A stretch of 64,000 nucleotides of DNA, taken from NCBI RefSeq assembly GCF_009914755.1, contig NC_060925.1, one strand, 5' to 3'. Positions 12,805-25,037 of this stretch are shown here, in pieces. A model generated the notes under the pieces. The model was given only the letters and a program-made list of their open reading frames with translations. It was not told the DNA's origin and ran no database searches. Made by a program: the position numbers and the translations under genes. This DNA is from the human T2T-CHM13v2.0 reference genome, Homo sapiens. Position 1 is the first letter of the stretch. Every line of letters begins with the position of its first letter.

Positions 12805-15800
12805 ATAGCCAAGGGCAGATGATAGAGCATGCAGGAGGGGAGAAGAAACCTTATAATAAAATGTTTTCATTTCCTTTTCATGTCCAAGGCCACAGGGTCA
12901 TAAAAGAATCTGCCTGACAGCCAGCTCTGTAGTATTAGATTCATCCTAGTGATTCTTTTCCCAAAAGGCTAAAGTCTTCCTTGTAATTAAAACTGAAATA
13001 AGAAGCACCAAACAGATGGCAAGCCCCTTATGGGCAGGTGTAAGTCTTAAATGTTCTTACAGCCCCCAAAAGCCCAGAGTAGTGCATGCACACAGTGAGG
13101 ATGCAGTCATACTTGCTGCAGAATTAGCTTGAGATAGACGTGGCCCTTGCAGTAAGAGTTCATCCTAACTACCAATTTTGGTGGACCCAAAATGTTTCTC
13201 CATTTTTCTGTTTGCTTAGGAACACAGACAAAATATCCTCACGGCATTTTATAAAGTTTTGGTACCTTTGATCATAAATGAGACAACCCTACAATTTGCT
13301 TCTCCCCAAGTCCAAGGACACTAGAGAAACCTTGTCTCTGGAATTTCTTTTCTGTCCCTGCCCAGCACTTTCTGGCAGGGCCCATGGCAAAAGCTAAGTC
13401 TGGGCGCCTTGCTCTTTGATGGTGCTGAATAAATTCCTTTCAGGGGGTACAAATCCCTTGCTTTCATGACCATCCCAGGAATGTAGGGTGACAGCCAGGT
13501 GGGACCAACTCCAGGCCCATGGTAAGAAAGGAAAGGGGCTGTTCCCTTTCTGTGCATAGCATGACATTGCCTTTACATGTGACAAAGCCACCTGGAGGCT
13601 ACAAGGAGTGGGCCCCAGAAATCTGTGGGAGTGATTTTTGGAGGCTATAAATGCCCTCTGACACTAAGAGACCTTTAGGGTGGGGGCTGCACTGTCCCCC
13701 CCTAAATTGTGAAATAGTGCCTTAGGAACCCAGGTTGGACCTGTCTAAATAGTGGCTTGACCAGCGTAAAGAGATGACAGAGGAGCTAGCAAGGGAAGAC
13801 TGGTTGTGATAACAACAACTCTAAAGTTTTTGAGGCTTGTGTGCCCGGAACTATGTTAACCATTTTATAAGCATTGCTATATTTAATAATTATAGCAACA
13901 TTTTTATTACCCCCATTTTGCAGCTGGCTTAATGGGGCTTAGCCCACAAATGAGTGGTCAGTCACCATGATGCCATGGCGACGACCTTCTGCATTCCTTG
14001 CATGGGACTCCACTCTCCTGCCCTCTCACTTTGCAAAGACCTCAAGCTCTAAAACATTTCCATGAGTCATTGACTGATGTCTGAAATCTTACTTCCCAAG
14101 ATTTTAATAATATAATGAGGATAGCTACCATTTGTTGAACAGCTTTTATGTGCCAAACACAGTGCTAAGTGTTACATATGTTCTCTTTTTACAATCACTA
14201 CTTTATAAGGGAGTATTATTATTATTCTGGTTTTACAATTCAGGAAGCTGAGAATCAGAGGGAGTTTGTACAAGTTATTGAAAGTCACATTGCTAGCAAG
14301 AAGGAAGGACCAGGGCCAGGCTTTTGCTTGTTCCATTGTTGCTGAGTGGCATTTATTACCTTTCTAACTGAGAGAACTTGACAGCTGCTTAGAATCTGCC
14401 CCTGGGATGAGTATGGGTCTGAGCCTTCATCAGCCCTGTATTTCTTAGTAGGAATGAAGATCCAGAGATCATGCTTCAATGGAGCAGAAGTTTGAGAGTA
14501 CCAAATCTGTGTCCACCAAGAAGAGGACCTAATGATGGAAGGGGATCCCAAAGACCAGTTGGCAGATGGGTTTTGTGAATGAAAAGACAAAGTGGCCTGT
14601 CAGCAGCTCTCTAAGGAAGCAGGAAGGGATGGTCAGCACAGGCTGTTTTATGACTTCTGAGGCTGTGGGACAGGCAACCTTATCATAGCCTCAGCCCTGC
14701 AAAGCACACAGTGCCCAGGCAGCTATGAGACTACATCTGTGGGAAAATCCATATTTCTATGGACTGAGTCAGGCTAAATTAAACATGAGGGTAATTTGAC
14801 ACATCTGAATTTCATCACCATTATATCACTCTGTAGACCTTGTAAATTTTCATAATGACATTTTTGCTAGGTTGGAGTAAGCTGCCTGCATCTTAGGTGT
14901 GTTACTTTAAAACTTTAAAACAGACTAATAAAATGAGGTGTTGGCCAGCTAATCACATGTAGTCATCTCCTCAGAAGGATCCAGGCAGCAAAACGAACCA
15001 GAGTTATGAGTAAGTGTCCTGAGGTGGCCCTGAGGGCACAGACCCTGACCATACCCTTTCTCTTGGAAACAGTGACAGGATGGCCAGAGCTGTGTACATG
15101 CCACCAGGCATCCCTCTCCTGTGGGAGACTGTGTGATCTGCAAACCCCAGAATTTGTATAACCTGGAATCCCGGGACCTTGGAAATATGATCTATGACCT
15201 GCCCTGCTCGCTTCATCTCCCTTAAGAACTGGACATCAACATCATTATTTTGAGATGGTACAAGGGGCTCACCTGGATGGAGGTGAACACCCACCCATCA
15301 CCTGGCATTGCTAAGCACTGTTACATGTGGTGTTACTGTCATGATTTTCTAAAACTGAAGGACAAGATCAATGTTTGATGACGGGTCAGAGCATTTGGAA
15401 TCAAGACTGTCCTGGAACTAACTGTGTGTGTCATAATGTCATGTTTCTCATGTGGTACCGGCTCTATATGGGTCACTATGTCTAAACAGGACTCAGTCTC
15501 TGCCAGGCTACATGAAAGGTTTGATTTTGTCCCTTATCTGCCTTCCAGTTCATAGCTTCCTCAATTGGCTCTTCACCCCAGGATGAGCCAACCTAGAGAT
15601 TTTCTTCTGGAGCTGTCCTTCCCTGGCCCCTCCCTTCCCTCTATACTGGGCTCCATTCCTGACCTGAGCCAACCTGAGCTTCGGCTTCTCTTTCCTGGCC
15701 CTGCTTCTCTCCTACTCACTTTCTTTCCTGATTCCTCTCTTCCATCAGAGCCTGGACCCCTGAGCCCTTCAGCTTGGGTCTCTGTCCTATCACAGATTAA

Positions 15801-16029
15801 AATCCACAGCTGTCTCTACAAGAAGGCTACTGTGGGTGCATATATGCTTGAGAGGAAGCCCTTCTCCATTTTAGGGCTAGCTCATCTGGAGGAGTGGGGT
15901 ACTCCGGAAACTCACAGGGCAGCCCATGGCTGGTCTACGCCAGAAAGCATTCCCTGAAATGCTAGATCCCGCTGATCTCTTCTCCTAACATTCTGTCATA
16001 GGCTGTGTCTGTGCTATCCTTGTCAATTA

Positions 16030-17400
16030 TTTGTTGAATTACTCATTTGACAAAGACTTATAGAGCTCCTACTACATGATGAATGGGTCCCTCAATAAAC
16101 ACAGCAAAGTTCCTGCCCTCATTCATATGTTCTTGTGGAGGAGACAGATAATAAAATAAGAAAACAAATCATAAAATTAAGTATTAAAAAATAAGTAAGG
16201 CAGGATGGGGGAATAGAGTGGCAGGACTTGGTGGGGGTAGGATAGATATTTAGATTAGAATGATCAAGAGGTGATAGCAGACCTAAAAATGTCGATCAGA
16301 AGCTAACCATGTGAAGATCTGTGGGTAGGAGTGTCCCAAATAGAGCAAACAGTGAGTGCGAAGGCCCCAGGACAGTAACAAGGTTGGCATGTTGAAGACA
16401 TTGCAAAAAGGTCAGTGTGGTCACCACACAACCACAACGGGAGGAGCGATTAAGATGCTGGAGACAGTCAGGGTCCAGATCGTATAAGGCAGATTTCCTC
16501 CACCCCAGAACTATCAACATTTTGGGTCAGATGATTTTTTTGTTGCAGGTGCTTGTCCTGTGCATGTTGTTTTGCTGTGCATGTTGTTTTGTGCATGTTG
16601 TTACTGGCTGCCAGTAACACCCCTGAAGCCTCCACCACCCCCTTTATGACCACAGAAATGAGGTGGTCACAGATATTGCCAAATGTCCCCTAGGAGAAAA
16701 ATCACCTTCATTTAAGAACCACTGAACAAAAGCCATGGCAAGATAATTTCATTCTACATATAATGGAAATCCATGGGAGGCTCAGAGCTGGGAAAAACCA
16801 TTGCAATTTACATTTTTAAAGGGCACTCTGGCTGCTGTTGGCCTAAAAGAAAAACAACAGCAGAGGCAGGAGATGCAGGAAGAGGTCTAGATGAGAGGTG
16901 ACCCTGGCCCAGATTAAAGAGGGAGCAGTGGACTATAAGAAGTGATTGGATTCTGACTACATTTTGAGGGTGAAGCCAACAAACTTGCTGGTGAATTGGA
17001 TATAAAAGGTGAGAGGGAAGGCAGAATCAAGTATGGTTTCTAGATTACTCTGTGGGAATAATTATGTCATTATCTAAAGTAGAGAAGACTAGGAGAAAAG
17101 TAGCTTGGGGGTTAAAAAAAATTCTAAATTTGAGATGTCCTTTAGACATCCAAGTAGACATGCCAGTAGAATATAAGAGTCTGGGGCCCAGGGGAGAGAT
17201 CCAGGCTGGAAATGAACATCCGGAAGTCGTAGATCGTAGCTCATGCCTGGGGAGGATGAGATCATCCAGGAAGAGGGCGATCTAGAAAGGAAAGCTGAGC
17301 TCTAGGGCACACCATATTTAGAGGTTCAGAGAATAAGGAGAAGCCAGCAAACGAGGCCAGGGAGGAGGACTAATGAGGGAGAAGGGACATTAGGAGAAGA
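16030..17400 (-). mobile_element. L2 LINE fragment (host of a MER20)
   Basis: L2 motifs on both sides of the MER20 (aaagttcctgccctc; ctctggctgctgttgg; tttgagatgtcctttagacatccaagt). Confidence 0.7.
16490..16724 (-). mobile_element. MER20 nested in L2
   Basis: Reverse-complement MER20 (aacattttgggtcagatgatt...attgccaaatgtcccc...aagaaccactg), with an internal triplication of tgtgcatgttgtt at ~16559-16602. Confidence 0.8.
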
Positions 17401-20199
17401 GACAGGGACATGTGTATTCCTGAGGTGTCCTGGCACTGTTGTTACATCTGCCTTAGACTGAGTAGTTGGGGAGCTCCTCAGGCATTCGTTTGTGTTCAAT
17501 GGTGGTGGCAATGGTACTGAACTACTATAAGGTACTATATCCAAGTTTTAGACAACCAAACGATTGAGCAAAAGCCACCTTGGTTAATCTTTAAGAAATA
17601 AGTGGTACTGATACCACTTTATAGCCGAAGAAACTGAAAATGAGGGCACTATAGCAACTCGCTTTCCATCACATGCACTTTAAGCACGACTCCTGGGACT
17701 GGAACCTTGGAAAGCCTGTTTCCACATTCATGCTTTTTCTGTGGTGTTCTTGGCCTCTGCCTCACAAGGTTCCGCTCAATGCCTGGCACAGACCTCCATT
17801 CTGACCATGGCAGGAATACCTCATCTCTGCTCAAGTTTATGTGAGTGCATCTACATCTGCTACTGCGTTTGGAATGGACCAGGAGGAGCCAGAACTGCTC
17901 AATACCAGGGCAAGTGACTGTCAAGATCCCTCATGCAACTAAGGCCAGAACCAGCACGAGCACCTGGAGTTTCACACTCCTGGTCCAGGTTTTCCCATCT
18001 TACCTTCTGTGTCTACAACCAAGATGTTTCCCCATCCATCAACCATATCCAATGCAACAGCCCTAATAGATATGCAGGGGAAGTAGCATTATTCTCATTT
18101 TCCAGATTAAGAAACAGAGGCTCAGAGAGGTTCTGTAATTTGCCTAAATTATACCACTAGTAAGATTCTGAATCAGGAATAAATTCCTCATCTCCTAAAT
18201 CTAGGTATTACTGAGCTGAAATAATCTATCCCTGACTTAGCCATTAGTTTTTATTTCTTACATAATAACTTTCCCAAACCATAAAAGAAAGAAGATACAA
18301 ACAAACTTTTCTAAACACCAGTATTGCCGGTCAGAATTCTGTAATAGGTTCATAGTCGTTTAAGAAGTCAAAATGACTGGAAGATGAACATTTTGTGCAC
18401 CATGTCAACTTAAAATTATTATTTTTTGGCTTAATCATAAAGATGCTTTAAAAAGAACCTTTGAAACATATTTGTGTTGCTTTATGAAGCTCTCTGCTTT
18501 CTGACATCTCCTGCTCTTTTTTGGAAAAGTTCAAAAACAGCACTTGAAAACCCCACCCCCAAAATATTTTCTTTCATTTCCAAGACACAGAGATGCTGAC
18601 ACATGGGCATGAAATCTGAAGTCAAGCTTTGGAGTCTGACCTCTTCAAAACAGAAAATGAAAACATTTCTAGTGTTCACACTTTCCCTGTGAAAACACAA
18701 ACACAACACTCTTGAACACAGGTGAAAGGAAAGGTAATTCGTTTCATGCGTAAGAAACATTCTTAGTGGTGTGTCATTTCAGGGGCAATTGATTCCATTT
18801 GTCATTGCAATTTTCAGAAAGGGTGGAAATACACTCTCCCCGCCACCTTTTCAGCACAAAAAAAGTAAGTCAGCCTTTGCTTTTTCCTTTAAAAACAGGT
18901 GCAACAGCAATGAATTTAAACATCTCTCTGCTGGCTTGTTTGCAGTCCACTCCAGCTCCCTGGTGCTTGGCTCAATATCATTCACCTGCTTGGGAGGTGG
19001 GGGCAGGGCATGATGTGACAAATGTCTCTCTTCTGCTATAAATATTATTTGAAATGGACAACTGGCTTGGCGACATTAATTTTACAGGCAATAGTGGAAT
19101 AAGCGGTGGAGAGAAGAGGATACACTTAAAAAGATGAACATTATCCCTAGAAGCAGGTCTCTTTTCTCGCCTTCTGTCCCACTACCTTGCAACCTCAAAT
19201 AGAGATATCTTAGCTGCCTAAAAAGCAGCATTAAATCTTTGGTCTGGACAGGAATTCAGCATTTGAGAGGAGATGTCACTAATAATCCTCTCTGAGTACT
19301 AGCGGTGAAAATGGGGCCCAGTGGGAGGGCATTTTACTAGGGAGAGAGTTGGAATGAGCCCTGGGGGAACAAGGGTGAATACAGAATGGGGGCAGGCTAA
19401 GCTTCCATGAGAACTAAGAGGTAGGCAGTTTGTCATCACTGATCTGTCCTCAGAGGCTACATTAGCCAGGCTCTCAAGAAAATTGGGACATGTCACCTTT
19501 GTGGCCCTAAGGTAGAATCTTGGTGTGGGTCACTCTTTCATGTGCCCTCCACTGGGAACCAAAGGTCTGAGGTCAGTGATAGATTGCCCATTGGGTTGAG
19601 GGCTGGAGTTAGGATCAGGGTTTACCTGAAGGTGTCAGCTCCAGCATTCACATTAAGAGCCTTTAAACTGTTTATACCAGGGGAGAAATTGAAACCCTCT
19701 GCATTGTGGCAGCCTGGAGCCTCGCTCAGGAGAAAATGTTAGACTCTCTGCTCTGGGCAGAAACTTCTTTAGAATTTTGACAATATCAACATTTTAATGG
19801 TATCTTAGCCCTGTTGTTCTTATAAAAATATACTGAAGGGGAAGGATATGATTTTGTGGGATCAGAAGCTCCTGCCAAAGTCACTGAACCCACACTAGGA
19901 CCAAAGCGTTTACCCCAGTGGCAAGGCCATGAAAGGCCATGCTACCCAATGTCAGTGCCCAGTGACAGGGAGGAGGATGTCTTGTGCCCCTTGGACAATT
20001 ACTGTTATGGTCATGCTTGGGGAAGAGAATCAAAGAAAGATGGCTTTGCAAGCATGAAATGGGAGAAAGACAGTGCAGAAGGTGGGGCCAAAGACAGGAT
20101 ACGATTATTGTTGCTTCTTTGCTGTGTTTGCCAGAGAAAAAGCAAACCTTAGGGATAAAAACATTGTCAATAGTTCTGATGAGGTTGAGTAGTTACAAT

Positions 20200-20352
20200 G
20201 AAGATAAGAAAGAGGGAAGAGGAAGAGGTAGAAGAGGAAAAGAAGAGGAGAAGGAAGTAGAAAGAGGAAGGGAGAAGGGAAAAGAAGAGGAGGAGGAAGA
20301 AGAAGAGAAGGAGAGGAAGAAGAGAAGGAGGAGGAATGGGCAAGGGGAAGGC
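20200..20352. repeat. GA-rich low-complexity tract
   Basis: Nearly purine-only (GAG/GAA)n-like run. Confidence 0.9.
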
Positions 20353-20893
20353 AGATGATGACAGCAGCTCTCACTTACTGAGGGTGTCCTTGGTGGCAGG
20401 CACAGAACTTCATAGTATGTACTTCATACATCTATGTATGTACTTCACAGATGTACTTCATACACTTTGTCACTTAATCTACACAACAGCTATACAAGAG
20501 AGAAACTAGTCTCACCTTACAGATGAGGACATTGTTGCTTAGAGAACAAAAGTTACCCAAGATCACACAACTGCAAATCACAGAGTTGGGACTTAACCCC
20601 AAGCTTGCCTGGCTTCAGAGCCATCCGCTGTTCGAAATCATGCTGTTGTCTATGCCAGTGGCTTTCACACTTTTTTTGACTATGACTTATAGTAAAAAAA
20701 ATGCATTTTCCATCATGAGCCAGTTTGCATATATATGTATATGTACATACATACAGTACAACTAAAACAAAAGTTTCATAAAAATTTTCCCTTGCTATAT
20801 CCAATGCATATTAATTTTTGAAAATGTTACTCTATGCTCTTTCATTTTTTTCCCTAATGAGAGTTGCACACTAAGTTGATTTCACAACCTGTA

Positions 20894-21227
20894 TTTTGTT
20901 TTCTTTTTTCTTTCTTTCTTTTTTTTTTTTTTTTTTTTTGGAGGCAGGGTCTCACTTATCTTGCCCAGGCTAGAGTGCAGTGGCATGATCATGGCTCACT
21001 GCAGCCTCAACCTTCTGGGCTCAAGTGATTCTCCCACCTTAATCTGCTTAGTAGCTAGGACTTACAGGTGTATGTCACCATGCCTGGCTAATTTTTTTAT
21101 TTTTATTTTTGTACAGATGGGGTCTCACTTTGTTGCTCAGGATGGCCTTAAACTCCTGTCCTCAAGTGATCCTCCCGCCTCAGCCCCCTAAGTGCTGGGA
21201 TTACAGGCATGGGCCACACACCCGGCC
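20894..21227 (-). mobile_element. AluJ
   Basis: Poly-T then Alu reverse complement with J-type diagnostics (atcatggctcactgcagcctcaacc...ggctcaagtgat). Degenerate TSD ttcacaacctgta / ttcaacttgta. Confidence 0.9.
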
Positions 21228-22289
21228 TTCAACTTGTAAAAACATTTTCTGTTCTCTGCTCTATGGCAGTTGATTAGAAGTGTCCTTGAACTCCTGCTTG
21301 ATCTTAGTGGATGCTGGGCAGCATCTCGCTTCTGAGGCATGCAGCTAATTGTGTACTCTGGACCATCCCTCTGGCAAGAGGACATCATTAATAAAATATT
21401 TCAGAAATTACAAATATCTGACAAAGCCATTTGCTTGGAAAAGAGTCAGTCCAGGAAACCATCCAGAATATATAATCACTCATCTCAGGCACTGACTGCT
21501 AATATTTTAGGCAATTGATGTATGCTTTAGCAAAAGAAACTATTTTCTCTGTTTTCAGAACCTAAAGAAGTCATCTGTTCTGAAAGGCTACACACAGTCT
21601 CCATCTAACAATAAATGGTAAAAGAAAAGAAACATGCAAGGTGTTGTGGTGACTCTATCAATCCACCCTCCAGAGTAGTGCTGTCTTTCTCAATTTGGGG
21701 TGAATACAACCAGGATCTGAAATTAGATTGCTTTTCAGAGGAGCATGTACATCTCCACCCTGGTTTGGGATTTCAGGGATGATTTTGTTTCAGCAGCTAG
21801 GGGCAGTGGCAGGTTGGTTGAATCACATTTAGGTCATGGAAAGTGAAGTCTGATCAGGTGGCTCAGCTCGAGTCAGCCCTGATGGGCTGTGGACTCGGTG
21901 ACTTCAAGCAATGTGCACGCTAATTGAGAAAACATGTTCCTGTGATGGCCTCATGCAAAAATCCAGATTTACGAATTTTTTTTATTCCTAAGAATTCCTT
22001 AAATATTTGCCGTGCGTGTCTATACAGCCTCCTGGAGTACTTCTCCTTACTGAGTAGGGTTGTGATTTCTGCTGTGGCCCAGGTCAGGCTTTTAAAGGGT
22101 GGGATTCTGACAAAGGGCAACTGGGCAAGCAGCCACAGGCCTCGGGGAGAAGCAAGAAGAGGGCAGCAGAGGAGAAAAATAACCCAGACCTCCTGTGCTT
22201 TTCCTGGGGCAGAAAAAGCAATTCAAAATCCTTGAAAAGCAATTGTCTGCAATGTCAATGAGGGGGTCCACATCGGGAAGGGGCCTCAG

Positions 22290-22490
22290 CTTACTGGGCA
22301 TTGGCTATATTCCAGACTCTGAGGTAAGAACTTTCCAGCACTCTCTCCTTTCCCCTTCACAATTGCCCTCAAAAATCAGTTGGCATCATGATTCCCTTTT
22401 ACAGATGAAGAAACTGAGGCTTACAGGGGTTAAGTAATGTGCTCACAGAGCTAATGAGAAGTGAACTTGGACCTAAATCCAGTTCTATCT
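22290..22490 (-). mobile_element. MIR (representative; others near 2110-2300, 14110-14330, 18050-18200, 20370-20620, 33090-33270, 39560-39740, 43760-43990, 60570-60800)
   Basis: MIR core ttttacagatgaagaaactgaggcttacaggggttaagtaat. Confidence 0.7.
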
Positions 22491-24813
22491 GTGTGCCAGG
22501 ACTCCTGTAAAATCCTACCTGCCTATGGGACAGCCCCTCACTGCCCTCCGAGGAGCCTCCCTGAAAGCCTTCTTGACATCCAGACCTGTCCCTCTTGGAG
22601 GTCATATATTCACAGAATTAGTACTTCCACTAGTTCCAGTTTTGATACTGCTTGCAATTGCTCCATGTGTTAATTCACATAAGAAGATTAAAAAGCCTGC
22701 AGACAAATTTTGTTTGGTCTGTACCCATGTGTGGAAAGTGAAGAAATTTCAGAGTTTTGGCTTTTCAGTCTCAAAGTTTTGGCTTTTCTTGAAAAGTTCT
22801 TGAAGAGATCTGTATTGGACCTATAATCCTTTACAGCAATGGTTGGCCTGTCCCTTAACAATGAGGCATAGCCTCTCTAGTTTTTCACAGCCCCAGCAAT
22901 CTCTGGCCTCAGCTCATTTATATTCTCTCATGAGCCACTAAGCCTTTTAGTTATGACTCCTGAGCAAGCTCCTTGGGGCAGGATCATGATTTATATTTAT
23001 TTTGAGTCCCCAGAGTGCCCAGTGTCCCAGGTAGCATATTAATAAGGATGCTAATTGAGAGAAGAAAATCTATCCAGTAGCCTCATACATGGTGGGCCCC
23101 CTCCCCTGTGGGGCGAGGACAATCTTCCCCTTTAACCACAGGTTCTATGTAATTCAGCAACAGCTGCTTAACCCTTGGCTCTTGGTCTGGGAGAGCAGAA
23201 ATGCCCCACTGCCATAGCAAAATTCACTTTCTCTTTCTTTTCTTGTAAACTTGAAGAATTCCTAAGACATTTAAAATCCTAAAGACACAGAGGAGTTGTT
23301 ACGTGGAGTAAGGAAGCAAAACATTCTTAAAGCTGCAAGCAAACATGGTCATTCTCAAGAAATGCCTTATTTAGAGAGCATTGCATAACATTTCTGAAAT
23401 AAGAGTCTGAGGAGAAGTTTGCCTCTGAAAGAAAATTACAGGAGAACCTCCGTGAGTCTTCTCTTACCCAGACATTACGAGGCGAAGATAAATCGCAAGA
23501 TGAAATGTTTGGTTAAAATTCTATCAAAATGAGAATGTTAACTACAGAAGGTCAAAATATCAGTGAGTAAATTCCTAGAGAAGTCTTCAATGCAACCAAA
23601 AAGATTTCTCCTCCCAAAACAGAAAAGCTATATATGCACAGATACATTAAAAACATACAAAAAAGATGTTATCCTACCTGAAATTAAAAAAAAACAACTA
23701 TGAAGTGGGGGCTCCCCTCAGATCAGCCCTTCCAAGGGAGAACGTGAGGGGAGGAAGCTCATGTTCGTTGGTGCCCCCCTCATGCCAGGCCTGTGCTGCT
23801 GTTTTGCCTATGCCTTCCCACTTAATGTGCACAACAGCCAGATGACAGCATAGCTACTACTAATATCTTTGTCTTACAGATGAGAAAACTTAGGGACAGG
23901 AGAGGCCCTCCTATGTCTCCACTTTCCTGGAGTACCCCGTCCTTCCCCCTGCTTATCTAGTCCAGCACCTCTCAGGCAGCTAGAAACAGTGTGACTTCTT
24001 TTTCTGAAAGTGTTCTCCATAATCCAAAGGGAGCCTGTCCCACTTGGCATCACTCATACACAATGGGGGTTCAATACATATCCATAGTGATGAGGCAGTA
24101 CCTCAATCGTTGACCTCTCAGCCAGGTCTGCTCAGATCCAAAAATGGGTTGGCATTTCACTAGACTGAGCAAGTGAGACATGCAAGTCACTCCATTACTA
24201 ATGAGGGTTGTAATCCATCTGTAATGATGAAGAACTGAAGTCAGGACAGTCTCCCCCACCCCCTAACCTGGGCAAGGGCTGAGCTCTTGAGACCATCCTC
24301 CCTGGGCTCACTTAGCAACTGCACACAGAGGGGAGGTGACCTATACCACCAACTCTGACTACTGAAGGAGCAGCCAAAGGAAATGGGAAAATCAGCCCAT
24401 CTGTACTGACAACAAATACTTCGTGGTTATTGGGAAACTGTTCCTGTAGTAGTGGATTGAAATTGCCCAATGTGGAAGGGCTTCTGTGTGAAACTTGGGT
24501 GGTTCATTCCCACTGATTTCATAGCCAGCTTCTTTCATTCGCAGGGCTCTCCACCTGCAGAAGCCACCACAGGCGGTGCCAAAAGTGCCAAAACATCTCA
24601 ATCTGCTTAGCCCAGTGGTGGATTTTCAGGGAAATCCTGACTGTCTGACTCTGACTAATAGTACTACTAAAAAAAAAAAAAAAAAAAAAAAGACTTCCCG
24701 CACGTGAATGCGTTGGCTACAGTCTTAGGCAATTCAAAAGCATTGTTGCTAGTTCCACCTGACAGATTTCATCATCAGATCAACCTCATTTGGGGAGGGA
24801 GCTCCTTAAGACT

Positions 24814-24824
24814 TTCTTTCTTTC

Positions 24825-24892
<68 letters not shown>

Positions 24893-25037
24893 TCCTTCTT
24901 TCTTTCTTTCTTCCTTCCTCCCTCCCCCCTCTCTCTCTCTTTCTTCATTCCTTCCTTTCTTTTCTTTCTTTCTTTCTCTCTCTTTTTCTTTCTTTCTCTC
25001 TTCTCTCTCTCTTTCTTTTCTTTTCTTTCTTTTTTTT
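24814..25037. repeat. (TTTC)n / CT-rich microsatellite
   Basis: Long TTTC array followed by a degenerate pyrimidine tract. Confidence 0.95.

Noticed and set aside
24669-24691. Isolated A23 tract as a tail-only retroinsertion
   Set aside because: No convincing TSD and no upstream element body.
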